DNA of 64,000 nt from Nitrospiraceae bacterium. Its GTDB lineage: Bacteria; Nitrospirota; Nitrospiria; Nitrospirales; Nitrospiraceae. The DNA lies in assembly GCA_050246315.1 (NCBI GenBank), contig JBFWWG010000015.1:1-64000 (forward strand). The letters run 5' to 3'. The notes beneath the pieces are model-generated. The model saw only the letters and a program-made list of their open reading frames with translations. It was not told where the DNA came from and did not search any database. A program made the position numbers and the translations under genes. Position 1 is the stretch's first letter, and every line of letters starts with the position of its first letter. Shown in pieces: positions 41,713 through 51,199 of the stretch.

Positions 41713-42654
41713 ATGCAACAGCCCAAGCTCAGATCGAAAGTCCACGGAACGGATCGGGAAATCGGCGAGGTAACCCGTATTATCGTGGATCCGCTCTCCC
41801 ACGATATCAGCCACCTCGTGGTGTCGACGAACGGTCGCGGCGGGCCGGAGAAGCAGATCGAGTCCGGCCACATTCAATCGGTCGCTGACGACGTGGTACA
41901 ACTCCGGCTGTCCTCGGGGGAAGTCGAGGGGCTGCCAGGCTTTGTGCGCGACGGCTACGTCAGCATTCACGACATCGAGATCGCACACCTCGAAGATCGC
42001 CTCCATGTCGAGTCGGGGGAGGTGTTGGTTCCCCTTCCGGAATTAGAGCGGAACGTTCCGCGCCGGAATTTTTTCGCCAAGTTCACCCATGTCATCGGTC
42101 TGTTCATCGGCCTGCCGTTGGCATGGCCGGTCTTGCGCTATCTGATGAAGCCTATGTATCAGCCGTTCGACAACGGCTGGATTAGCATCGGCAACGCGAA
42201 CAAGATCAAAAAAGATGATTCGGGCGTTCAGTTTAAATTCAAGCGCATGGTCAAAGAAGCCTACATGCCCGAGCAGGAAATCGACAAGAATGCCTGGGTC
42301 CTGAAGGCGACTCCCGAGGTGTTGGACAAGATCTATCAGGGCAAGGACATGGATTTTAAGGACGCGACGGGGAAGCTCGTCTGGACGAACAAAAAAGATG
42401 TGCCCTATGTGGCCTTCTCGGGCAAGTGTCCCCATCTCGGATGCGGCTACAAGTGGCGGAAGCACAAGGTGTTGGGAGAAGTGTTTCTTTGTCCATGCCA
42501 CCTGAGTATCTATGACGCATCAGGCAAAGTGCTCGATGGGCCGGCGCCTCGCTCTCTCGATCCGCTGCCCATTCAAGTAACCCCGAGCGGCGACATCAAA
42601 ATCATCGACATGGAATTCAAGGCCGGCACCAAGACTCAAACCCGTATTATCTAG
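41713..42654 (+). CDS. qcrA: Rieske 2Fe-2S subunit of a bc-type complex with an N-terminal PRC-barrel-like domain
   Basis: CPHLGC and CPCH motifs, GPAPRSL, internal RRNFF followed by a TM. Confidence 0.88.
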   Translation: MQQPKLRSKVHGTDREIGEVTRIIVDPLSHDISHLVVSTNGRGGPEKQIESGHIQSVADDVVQLRLSSGEVEGLPGFVRDGYVSIHDIEIAHLEDRLHVESGEVLVPLPELERNVPRRNFFAKFTHVIGLFIGLPLAWPVLRYLMKPMYQPFDNGWISIGNANKIKKDDSGVQFKFKRMVKEAYMPEQEIDKNAWVLKATPEVLDKIYQGKDMDFKDATGKLVWTNKKDVPYVAFSGKCPHLGCGYKWRKHKVLGEVFLCPCHLSIYDASGKVLDGPAPRSLDPLPIQVTPSGDIKIIDMEFKAGTKTQTRII

Positions 42655-42669
42655 CCGCGACGGATCTCA

Positions 42670-43779
42670 ATGGACACACCATCCACCACGACACAGCCGT
42701 CACCGATCGAAAAAGTCGTCCAATTCGTCGACGAGCGGATTGGTCTGCAGAAGCTGCAGGCCAAGATGCTGAACGAACCGGTGCCGGGCGGCTCGCGCTG
42801 GGCCTACGTGTTCGGGTCGGTGTTGCTCTTCATCTTTATCATGCAGGCCGTCACCGGCGTCCTTCTGATGTTCTATTACGTGCCGACAGCGGACCATGCC
42901 TACGCCAGCACACAGTACATTATCCACGAAGTGGATTATGGCTGGTTCCTCTTGAGTTACCACTTCTGGGGTTCGACGGCGATGGTGGTCTGCGTCTTTG
43001 CGCATATGTCACAAGTCTTTCTATGGGGGGCCTACAAGCAGCCGAGAGAAATGATCTGGTTGGTGGGTTTGGCCCTCTTCGGGCTCGTCATGGGGTTTGG
43101 GTTCACGGGCTATTTGCTGCCCTGGGACCAGCGAGCCTATTGGGCGACCACGGTTGGTGTGGAGATCATGGATAAGACGCCGATCGTCGGCGACTTTATG
43201 GCCCGCTTTCTCAAGGGGGGGCCGACGCCAGGCCAAATGACCTTGAGCCGTTTCTTCGTCATCCATGTCATGATCCTCCCGGCGCTCCTGATGGGCTTGG
43301 CGGGGCTGCATCTGTTTCTGTTTAGAAAGGCGGGGCCGGCCGGCCCGTTCCGCGGCAGCCCCGAGGAGTTGAAGGCTAAGACGGACTACTTCTTTCCCCG
43401 GCAGATCTGGAAGGACATTGTCGCCATGGTGGCCGTGTTCTTCACCACTGCCTGCCTGGCGTTCTGGGAGCCGATCGTCCTGCTCGAAGAGGCCACACCG
43501 GATCCCGGTGAATACCATCCCGAGCCGGAATGGTATTTTCTATTTCTGTTTCAGATGTTGCGTTTGAAGATCTTCGCAGGGGAATTCGGCCAGTTCCTTG
43601 GCGCCACGGGGCTGCCGGGTCTCTTCATGCTCTTCCTGGCCGCATTGCCGTTCATCGATCGTAGTCCAGAGCGCAATATCTTCAAGCGGCCGCTCTCGCT
43701 CATCGGGTGGCTCCTCGTGATGGGCAGCATCCTGGTCTTCACGGTGTCGGCCATTATCAATCGCGAATTTCTCGAATAA
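42670..43779 (+). CDS. qcrB: Cytochrome b of a bc-type complex
   Basis: Heme-ligating His pairs, GYLLPWDQRAYWA, PEWY motif. Confidence 0.93.
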   Translation: MDTPSTTTQPSPIEKVVQFVDERIGLQKLQAKMLNEPVPGGSRWAYVFGSVLLFIFIMQAVTGVLLMFYYVPTADHAYASTQYIIHEVDYGWFLLSYHFWGSTAMVVCVFAHMSQVFLWGAYKQPREMIWLVGLALFGLVMGFGFTGYLLPWDQRAYWATTVGVEIMDKTPIVGDFMARFLKGGPTPGQMTLSRFFVIHVMILPALLMGLAGLHLFLFRKAGPAGPFRGSPEELKAKTDYFFPRQIWKDIVAMVAVFFTTACLAFWEPIVLLEEATPDPGEYHPEPEWYFLFLFQMLRLKIFAGEFGQFLGATGLPGLFMLFLAALPFIDRSPERNIFKRPLSLIGWLLVMGSILVFTVSAIINREFLE

Positions 43780-43794
43780 CCAGAGCACCGATCC

Positions 43795-44799
43795 ATGTCC
43801 TCCATGAAGCTTGCTCTTCACGTTCTTTGGTCGGCCTGTTGGACCGGACTGCCGGCCAAGCTGGGCTTGGCTCTGCTTATGATGGCCATGGGCAGCCTGC
43901 ATCTGGAACACATGATGGGCGTCGCGTTCCTGTTTCTGCTGACTACGCCGGTGTCCCTGCTTTCCGTGCCGGCATTGCAAGGCTTGGCCGACCTACATTT
44001 GGGAGAAGGCGCGGGCCTCGGCATCCTTTTTCTTCTCTGCATCCCCATCGACATGTGGGCGGTCGGATTGGCAGCCCGCACGGTCTTCATCGAGCGGTTG
44101 AGGGTCGAACCGCAAGGTTCGTTCGGTATCCGGCTCTGGGGCCTTCTCGTCCTGGCCGGCGGCTTCTATGTGACCCTCCTGTGGCTGGTTGAAGGGCTCG
44201 TGACCGGGATCGGAAAAGACCTCGCGCACTGGTTCTTGGAACTGGAGATGATGAAGGGTCTGGCGGTTGCGGAGCGGATCGGGGTCGAGTTGATGATCTG
44301 GGGAACGATCTCCACGGTCGCGTTGGTGATCCTCCTGGGCGTCGGATTGAGAATCGCCGGTGCCATCATTCAGCGGGAAGCCGCCAAGGCAGTGCCCTTG
44401 AGTGAGTCCTATCAGCATCTCGTGACCCGATGGGACCTTATGCGCATCCCAGCCGATCAAACCTTGATGCTGACCTCGGTGACCGCCGCAGGCGTCCTGC
44501 TGGTTGTCCTGTTCTGGGGAGCCCTGCCGGTGACGACGCCGCATCCCCATCAGGATTATAAGAAGCCGGACGTAAAGGCCGCACCCCATGTCAAACCGGC
44601 CGACCGGCTTGCCAAGGGTGAGAAGGTGCTGGCGCAGGTGGAATCCCAGGTCGTCGCGCTGGAAGCCAGACAGGCGGAATTGGAAGCGGAAAAGCAAAAA
44701 GGAAAGCCAAAGCCGCCGGCAAAGGAAAAGGCGAGCACGAAATCCGACGGGGCGAAGGGTTCGGCTCAGTCTGCCGCGCCGCAAGCGGCCAAGCCATAA
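43795..44799 (+). CDS. Polytopic membrane protein of unknown function
   Basis: About 6-7 TM segments, TTPHPH, charged C-terminal tail; lies inside the respiratory cluster. Confidence 0.75.
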   Translation: MSSMKLALHVLWSACWTGLPAKLGLALLMMAMGSLHLEHMMGVAFLFLLTTPVSLLSVPALQGLADLHLGEGAGLGILFLLCIPIDMWAVGLAARTVFIERLRVEPQGSFGIRLWGLLVLAGGFYVTLLWLVEGLVTGIGKDLAHWFLELEMMKGLAVAERIGVELMIWGTISTVALVILLGVGLRIAGAIIQREAAKAVPLSESYQHLVTRWDLMRIPADQTLMLTSVTAAGVLLVVLFWGALPVTTPHPHQDYKKPDVKAAPHVKPADRLAKGEKVLAQVESQVVALEARQAELEAEKQKGKPKPPAKEKASTKSDGAKGSAQSAAPQAAKP

Positions 44800-44829
44800 G
44801 GCGTCGGCCATGCAAGGGAGATCACAGCC

Positions 44830-46710
44830 ATGAACCGATATCTCGACGATCTCAAGCAGGCGGTACGCACCACGCGCCCGACGGGGTGGTTTGGTACGGC
44901 CTTGGTGCTGCTCGGCGCGCTCCTACTGTTTCCGGCTCTCGGCCTGGCTCAAGAGGGCGGGTCGGCATCTACACAGGTCGCCTATCGAGATATTCCGGGT
45001 ATCGGCAGCCGCAACGTCATTTGGATCATTGCACAATTGCACCTCTTACTGGCTGGGTTCGTACTCGGTGTCCCGATTTTTGCGTGGGTCTGCGAGATCG
45101 TCGGTTGGAAGGGTGGGGACAAGCGCTACGACAAGCTCGCGAAAGAATTTACGAAACTGCTGACGTCCTCCTACGCGACCACGGCCCTCTTCGGCGGCAT
45201 CCTCCTGTTCATGCTCATCGCCTTCTATCCGAAGCTGATGAATTACCTGACTGATATCTTCTTCCCCTCCTTCGTCGTCTACTGCATGCTGTTCCTGGTC
45301 GAAACGGCGACGCTGTATCTCTATTGGTATGGATGGGATGCCATGTCGGAGGGCCGCGCCAAGGCCTTCCATGTCTTCTTGGGATTCCTGCTGAACGTCT
45401 TCGCCTTCTTCATCATGGTCGTGCCGAATTCCTGGGCCACGTTCCAGGCTAGTCCGGTGGTGATTTCCGAAGGGTCGGATCTTGCGAGGGCCTGGGCTGC
45501 GACCTGGAATCCGACCTGGTGGCCCGTGAACATCCACCGTCTGATCGCCAACGTCGTGCTCGGCGGCTACATCTGCGGCGCCTATGCCGGGGTTCGGTAC
45601 CTCTCGGCGAAGACTCCGGACGAGCGCAATCACTACGACTGGATGGGGTACGTCGGGAACTTCATCGGTGTGTTCGGCCTGCTGCCGCTGCCTTTCGCCG
45701 GCTATTGGCTGATGCGCGAAATCTATCAATACAACCAGCAGATGGGGATCACGTTGATGGGCGGGTTCCTGTCCTGGCTCTTTATCCTGCAGGCCATGTT
45801 GATCGGCGTCCTATTCCTCGGCTCAAACTATTACTTCTGGATGGGCATCACGCATCGCATTCAAGGATCGGAGTTGCAATATCGCAAGCCGATCATGGCC
45901 ATGCTCATCATCCTCTTACTCTGTCTCGGCGTCTGGATGACCCCGCACTCGCTGGTGGCGAGCCTGGAGGAAGCCAGAAAGATGGGAGGGACGCACCACC
46001 CGTTGCTCGGCGTCTTCGGCGTCATGTCGGCCAAGATGACGGTGTCAAACCTGATGATTCTCGTCACCTTCATGAGTTTCATCATGTACTGGCGCGCGGG
46101 TAAGGAAGACACCGCCACCTGGGCGAAGATGGCCAAGGCGGTGATGGGCGCGGTGTTGGTCCTCGCCGGGATCGCCGTCATCATCCTGGGCGTTTGGGGC
46201 TATTTCGTGCCGGCGATCGTCCGCATCAACTATTTCTCGACTTCGCAGGTCGGTATCGTACTGTTCGTGATGCTCACGATCACGCCGCTGACCGCGCTGC
46301 TCCTCAAGAGTGCCCGCACGACGACAGAGATGGTCTGGGGGCAGATGCCGCCTCGGGCCGGCTACGCGCTGGTGCTCAACGCGGTGATGGTGATCCTGCT
46401 CATGACGCTCATGGGCTATGCCCGATCGTCGTCGCGAGTCCATTGGCATGTCTACGGCGTCATGCGTGACTCCTCGCAATATGCCTATTCGCCGGCCTTG
46501 GGCTATGCCGCGGCCTTCATGGCGTTGAACACGTTCTTGTTCTGTCTGCTCGTGTCCTTCATCTTCTGGGTGGCGACCATGGGAGACAAGGCCAAGGCAA
46601 AAGGCGGCCACGAAGAACCCAAGGGCAAAATGGTACCGGGCGCCATTCCGGCGATGGCAGGCGGAGCGCCGGCCCTGGATTACGTCGGTTCGCCGCCGCA
46701 GGAGAAGTGA
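44830..46710 (+). CDS. Second cytochrome bd-like oxidase subunit I paralogue
   Basis: QLHLLLAGFVLGVP, NIHRLIAN, YDWMGYVGN, WMTPHS, THHP, VHWHVY; clearly paralogous to 39135..40838. Confidence 0.8.
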   Translation: MNRYLDDLKQAVRTTRPTGWFGTALVLLGALLLFPALGLAQEGGSASTQVAYRDIPGIGSRNVIWIIAQLHLLLAGFVLGVPIFAWVCEIVGWKGGDKRYDKLAKEFTKLLTSSYATTALFGGILLFMLIAFYPKLMNYLTDIFFPSFVVYCMLFLVETATLYLYWYGWDAMSEGRAKAFHVFLGFLLNVFAFFIMVVPNSWATFQASPVVISEGSDLARAWAATWNPTWWPVNIHRLIANVVLGGYICGAYAGVRYLSAKTPDERNHYDWMGYVGNFIGVFGLLPLPFAGYWLMREIYQYNQQMGITLMGGFLSWLFILQAMLIGVLFLGSNYYFWMGITHRIQGSELQYRKPIMAMLIILLLCLGVWMTPHSLVASLEEARKMGGTHHPLLGVFGVMSAKMTVSNLMILVTFMSFIMYWRAGKEDTATWAKMAKAVMGAVLVLAGIAVIILGVWGYFVPAIVRINYFSTSQVGIVLFVMLTITPLTALLLKSARTTTEMVWGQMPPRAGYALVLNAVMVILLMTLMGYARSSSRVHWHVYGVMRDSSQYAYSPALGYAAAFMALNTFLFCLLVSFIFWVATMGDKAKAKGGHEEPKGKMVPGAIPAMAGGAPALDYVGSPPQEK

Positions 46711-46736
46711 AGACAGCTTGAAAGGGACGTTCGACC

Positions 46737-47366
46737 ATGAGTGAAGTCGCGCTGCTTCAGTTGATCGGGTTGGCTATAGTCGGAAGCGGGATCGTCATTC
46801 TCCTTTTCATCCCCGCCCGGTTCGTCCGGGTCATGGGCTTCGTCATGATCGTGCTCGGACTCTTCGCCCTGGTGGCGCTGGCCGTGCCGCAGATGGCGTC
46901 GCTGCCGCCCGCCGAGGAGAAGATCGACCTGGCGACAATCAAGACGCCGACCGATATGGCCGCGATCGGGCAGAAGATTTTTTTCAGCAAGGGCCAATGC
47001 GCCTTGTGCCATTCGATCGGTCCCAGTGAATCTGCGCGATGTCCGGACCTCAAAGGCATCGGCGCGAAACTGTCCAAGGAATTCATGTTTGAAAGCCTGA
47101 CGCAGCCGCAGGCCTATATTTACCTCGACTATCGCCACGAGGGCCCGCCGAAGGAATATCCGGCGCGAATGCCCTACATCAACAAAAACCCGATCGGGCT
47201 TTCGAAGAATGAAATCCTGTCGGTCATCGCCTTCTTGCAACAGATGAGCGGCGAGCCGATCACGGTGACTACGGCCGATCTCGACACGACGAGCCCTCAG
47301 CCGAGCAGCCAGCCGACACAAAAGGCTGAAGCTCCTCAACTCGCGCAGGCGATGAGCCGCAAATAG
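46737..47366 (+). CDS. Membrane-anchored c-type cytochrome
   Basis: Two TM segments, CALCH, RMP. Confidence 0.88.
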   Translation: MSEVALLQLIGLAIVGSGIVILLFIPARFVRVMGFVMIVLGLFALVALAVPQMASLPPAEEKIDLATIKTPTDMAAIGQKIFFSKGQCALCHSIGPSESARCPDLKGIGAKLSKEFMFESLTQPQAYIYLDYRHEGPPKEYPARMPYINKNPIGLSKNEILSVIAFLQQMSGEPITVTTADLDTTSPQPSSQPTQKAEAPQLAQAMSRK

Positions 47367-47396
47367 CGAGCGGAGGGAGCACGGGAGGACGCACAC

Positions 47397-48113
47397 ATGA
47401 AGGGCGGAGTTCTCACCAAAGCGTTAATCTTGATGGTCGCCATCTGGGCATTCCTGAAGTTGGGTATGCCGCTGTTTACGGCGCCACTCCCCAACAGTTT
47501 GATTTTTCTCTATCTGGTCCTGACGCTGTCTGGGATTGTCATTTTCGGCACCTTGAGCGGCGCTTCTAAGGATGCCTTTTGGGGGCCGATCTCTCGCTTT
47601 ATCACCGGCGACAATCTCGGGGCATTGCAGGGAGCCAGGCTGGCGGTGTTGATCCTCTTTCCCCTCTTGATGGGGTGGCAAACCTACGGGAGCACGGCGC
47701 CGAGTGATCAGCCGCCCGCTGAAAACCGCACCATTCACCCGGCGCCGCCGGGGGAGTACACGGGTCTGGCGAATCCGGTTCCCAACACGCCGGAGAACAT
47801 CATGACAGGCAAGGGCCTCTACGCCGCGTTCTGTTCTCCCTGCCACGGCGGCAATTTTGACGGGAAGGGCGTGGCCGCCAAGGGATTCAGCCCGCCCCCG
47901 GCGAATTTCGCCGATCCGACGACCATCGCGATGCTTCAGGAGAGCTACCTTTTCTGGCGGATCAAGAAAGGCGGGGTGGGGTTACCGATCGAGGGCATGC
48001 CCTGGAAATCGGCGATGCCGCGCTGGGAAGTTGAACTGCCCGATGAATGGATTTGGAAGATTATTATGGGCGAGTACGACGGCGCGCATCAAAAGCCGAG
48101 AACGTGGGAGTGA
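47397..48113 (+). CDS. Membrane-anchored c-type cytochrome
   Basis: Three TM segments, CSPCH, SAMP. Confidence 0.88.
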   Translation: MKGGVLTKALILMVAIWAFLKLGMPLFTAPLPNSLIFLYLVLTLSGIVIFGTLSGASKDAFWGPISRFITGDNLGALQGARLAVLILFPLLMGWQTYGSTAPSDQPPAENRTIHPAPPGEYTGLANPVPNTPENIMTGKGLYAAFCSPCHGGNFDGKGVAAKGFSPPPANFADPTTIAMLQESYLFWRIKKGGVGLPIEGMPWKSAMPRWEVELPDEWIWKIIMGEYDGAHQKPRTWE

Positions 48114-48154
48114 CCGCCCGTCGGACCACTGTAGACTGGTTGAAAGAGGCCGCT

Positions 48155-48985
48155 ATGTCGCAATGCAGAGCATCCTGGGGACGACCGGTGACAATCATAG
48201 GCGGAGGTCTACTCGGCCTGATGCTCATGGCAACCGCTGCCGTGGCCCAGGAGAGCGTCGCCGTCCGAGCCAATATGGTGAAGGGCAGCTTGCCGGCGGA
48301 TGATCCGGCGGCCGCAGCCTGGAATCAAGCGCCGCCGTCCGAGTTTCCGATGTCTCCTCAGGTGCATTGGAAGGAGCGCATTCAGGCGGTGACGGTGAAC
48401 AGCGTGAAAGTGCGGAGCCTGCACGACGGGACGAACATCGCCATCATGCTTGAATACGAAGATCCCACGCAGGACCCCGATGATGCGGCGGCGTTGGAGT
48501 TCATGGTCGGCGATAAAAAGGCGCACTTCGCCCACGGGCAGCCCATGTTGCAAGTCGAGGGTGGTCCGGTGAACATCTGGTACTGGAAAAATAAGGACGG
48601 TAAGGCGGTGGATATGACGGCCAAAGGCTTCGGAACTTTGAAGCCGCAGGCCGACCAGGACGTGAAGGCCAAGGGAGCCTACGACAATGGCAAGTGGCGG
48701 GTCGTCTTCTCGCGGTCCTTGTCCACCGGCAACCTGGAAGAGGACACGCAGATCAAGCCGGGTGAGTTCATCAATATTGCGTTTGCGGTCTGGGACGGCC
48801 AGAAGACGGAAAGCGGCGAAGTGAAGGAGAAGGGGTCGCAGAAGGCTGTGTCCTCCTGGTGGTATTTTCGAGCCGAGCCGCCGGCGGACTATTCCGCTTA
48901 TCTGTACGCGCTTATGGCAATGGGTATTGCCGCCGCTTTCCAGTTCGTTCTGATCCGAAAGCTCAAGAAGGGGGCGTCGGCATGA
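48155..48985 (+). CDS. Ethylbenzene dehydrogenase gamma-like heme b protein (NxrC-like candidate)
   Basis: Signal peptide, VRSLHDG, DAAALEF, VNIWYWK, WRVVFSRSL, IAFAVWDG, C-terminal TM. Confidence 0.8.
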   Translation: MSQCRASWGRPVTIIGGGLLGLMLMATAAVAQESVAVRANMVKGSLPADDPAAAAWNQAPPSEFPMSPQVHWKERIQAVTVNSVKVRSLHDGTNIAIMLEYEDPTQDPDDAAALEFMVGDKKAHFAHGQPMLQVEGGPVNIWYWKNKDGKAVDMTAKGFGTLKPQADQDVKAKGAYDNGKWRVVFSRSLSTGNLEEDTQIKPGEFINIAFAVWDGQKTESGEVKEKGSQKAVSSWWYFRAEPPADYSAYLYALMAMGIAAAFQFVLIRKLKKGASA

Positions 48986-49995
48986 TCGCACAGGCACGTT
49001 GGCGAAAGGTGGCCGTGGGCGGGGCCGTACTCGGCGTCGTTGCGGCGAGCAGTCTTGTCGGCTGCGCATTGTTTCAGAGCGAACAGGTGTCAAAGGGCCG
49101 GGAACTCTACAGCCACTACTGCTCCCACTGTCACGGCGAAAGCGGCAGGCAGAATGAAGGCTACAATTGGGCATCCATGCCGGATCCCAAGCCGAAAGAC
49201 CTCTCGAACAAGTCTGAAATGTCCACGTTCAAGGACGAAGAAATCTTCGGCACGATCTCGCGGGACATGAAGGATACGAGCCCGGAGGGCGGGGACAAGA
49301 TCGGAGACGATGAATTCGCCGTGCCGACCATGCCGACGTTCAAGTACACCCTGTCAGAAGATGAAATCTGGTCGATCGTCGCGTACGTCCGCACCTTGCA
49401 CGGGATGAAGCTCACCTACAACGTGGAAGAGCGCAAGAAGGAAATCAAGGACGCCTTGCAGGGTGCCCAAGCCAAATTCGATGAAACCAAGACGGCCTAC
49501 GAAGCGGCGGAAAAGAAAGCCAACGACGAGGCGGAGCAGAAGGGTAAAGAGGTGGACGATGACGCCTACGCCAAGGAAGCCGCCGCCCTGTCCACCGCCA
49601 AGAAGGTGCTGGACGAAGCCAAGAACGTCGAAGAGCGGTTTGGTAAGCGCCCCAAATTTGCACAAGTAGCCAGGCCGGAGTTGACCATGAAGCCCGATGT
49701 CGCCGCAAAATCGGCTGAATTGGGAAAACGCCTCTACTCAAACAAATACGGTTGCAACGCCTGTCATGCGGTGGATCAGGAGGGGGGGAAGGTCGGGCCG
49801 GCGCTGGATCGAGCCGGGTTCCGACTCAATCCGTTCTGGGTTTATCGCTGGATCAAGTATCCGCAGGCTATGAAGCCGGACAGCCGAATGCCAAACCTCG
49901 GCATCAGCGATCAAGATGCCAAGGCCCTCAGCCTGTACCTCAGCACATTGCGGGCGCCGAGGCAGGAAGCGACAGGCGACAAGCCTACGAGCTGA
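48982..49995 (+). CDS. Diheme c-type cytochrome lipoprotein
   Basis: Lipobox LVGC; CSHCH and CNACH separated by a coiled coil. Confidence 0.9.
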   Translation: MIAQARWRKVAVGGAVLGVVAASSLVGCALFQSEQVSKGRELYSHYCSHCHGESGRQNEGYNWASMPDPKPKDLSNKSEMSTFKDEEIFGTISRDMKDTSPEGGDKIGDDEFAVPTMPTFKYTLSEDEIWSIVAYVRTLHGMKLTYNVEERKKEIKDALQGAQAKFDETKTAYEAAEKKANDEAEQKGKEVDDDAYAKEAAALSTAKKVLDEAKNVEERFGKRPKFAQVARPELTMKPDVAAKSAELGKRLYSNKYGCNACHAVDQEGGKVGPALDRAGFRLNPFWVYRWIKYPQAMKPDSRMPNLGISDQDAKALSLYLSTLRAPRQEATGDKPTS

Positions 49996-50040
49996 TCTCA
50001 CAGATGTCCAAGTGGGCCATCGTCTCAGCGGGTCAGCCCC

Positions 50041-50092
50041 TCGTGCTGACCATGTCGAAGCACACAACTCGAGTTTTTCCTGAACCGGTTAG
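50041..50092 (-). repeat. Partial copy of the 59340-59478 MITE/REP-like element
   Basis: The reverse complement aligns with 59341-59391, sharing aactcgagttgtgtg and ttcgaca..tcagcacga. Confidence 0.75.
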
Positions 50093-51027
50093 AAGCCCGT
50101 AAGAATCCCGCCCAGAATCGCCATCCCGAACCATACGTGCTGGCGAAAATATCGAAACGCCAGGGTTGGCTCAATCGGCTTTCGGACCTTCCAGGCTTGG
50201 ATCGACATGCCGATGCCGACGCAGACGAGGACGGCGTAGAATGTTCCGCCAATCTGCACGCCCCAGCCGGCCAGTGCCAAGAGTCCCAACATCGCTCCTT
50301 CGAACGCCAAAATAGCCAGCCAAGCCCCCTCCCCGAAGAGCAGGGCCGAGGACTTGATTCCAACTTCTTGATCGTCGATCCGGTCCTGCAACGCGTAGAC
50401 CGTGTCATACGCGATCGCCCAACAGACCGTGCTGCCGAACAGAATCCAGACCGGCCATTCAAGTCTCTGCCGAGCAGCGGCCCAGGCCATGACCACAGCC
50501 CAACCGAACGCCATTCCCAACGCGGCCTGAGGGAGTGAGACAAACCGCTTGGCATAGGGATAGGCGGCGGCGAGTGCCACCGCGAACGGGCTCAACCACC
50601 AGGTCAAGGGGGGTAGACGAGAAAGCAGAAGGAGCGCCATGCCGAGCAGGACCAGGACTGCGAGCCAGGCGTCACGCACCGTAAGGGTTCCAGCGGCCAA
50701 GGGACGGAATTTCGTGCGGGTCACGCGGCCGTCAACATGTCGGTCAGCCAGGTCGTTGAGTACCACCCCTGCGCTTCGCATAATGAAGGCTCCCGCCAGG
50801 AACAGGCAGACGAGTTCAAGCTCCGGACGGCCGTGCGACGCAAGACTGAGGGACCAGAGGGAGGGAAGCGCGAGGAGCCATGTGCCGGTCTGGGAGCGAA
50901 GCCGAATCAGATTGGTCAGGTGCACCAGACGGGAGGCCGGTCGAGGGCTGCCGACGAGCGGCTCGCCGGGAGTCGGCCTCGGTGCGTCGGCAGATGACTT
51001 CGCTGGAGTCGAAGGCGGAACCGCCAC
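50089..51027 (-). CDS. ubiA: UbiA-family 4-hydroxybenzoate polyprenyltransferase
   Basis: NDLADRHVD..RT..RPLAAG, YPYAKR, YDTVYALQDRIDD..GIKSSA. Confidence 0.9.
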   Translation of the reverse strand: MAVPPSTPAKSSADAPRPTPGEPLVGSPRPASRLVHLTNLIRLRSQTGTWLLALPSLWSLSLASHGRPELELVCLFLAGAFIMRSAGVVLNDLADRHVDGRVTRTKFRPLAAGTLTVRDAWLAVLVLLGMALLLLSRLPPLTWWLSPFAVALAAAYPYAKRFVSLPQAALGMAFGWAVVMAWAAARQRLEWPVWILFGSTVCWAIAYDTVYALQDRIDDQEVGIKSSALLFGEGAWLAILAFEGAMLGLLALAGWGVQIGGTFYAVLVCVGIGMSIQAWKVRKPIEPTLAFRYFRQHVWFGMAILGGILTGF

Positions 51028-51199
51028 AGATCGACCTTATCGAACCGGCGGCGGGTGAGTCAACGTGGTCCGCCGTGAACTCCAGCGGTACCGAGCCAGC
51101 GTCCTATTTTGTCTTCGCGCGTTGATTGAGTATACTAGCGAGGAGTCAGTTGTCGCGAACAGGCCCGGTCCCGCCTTCGCAGAGTTCCAAGCAAGATTC

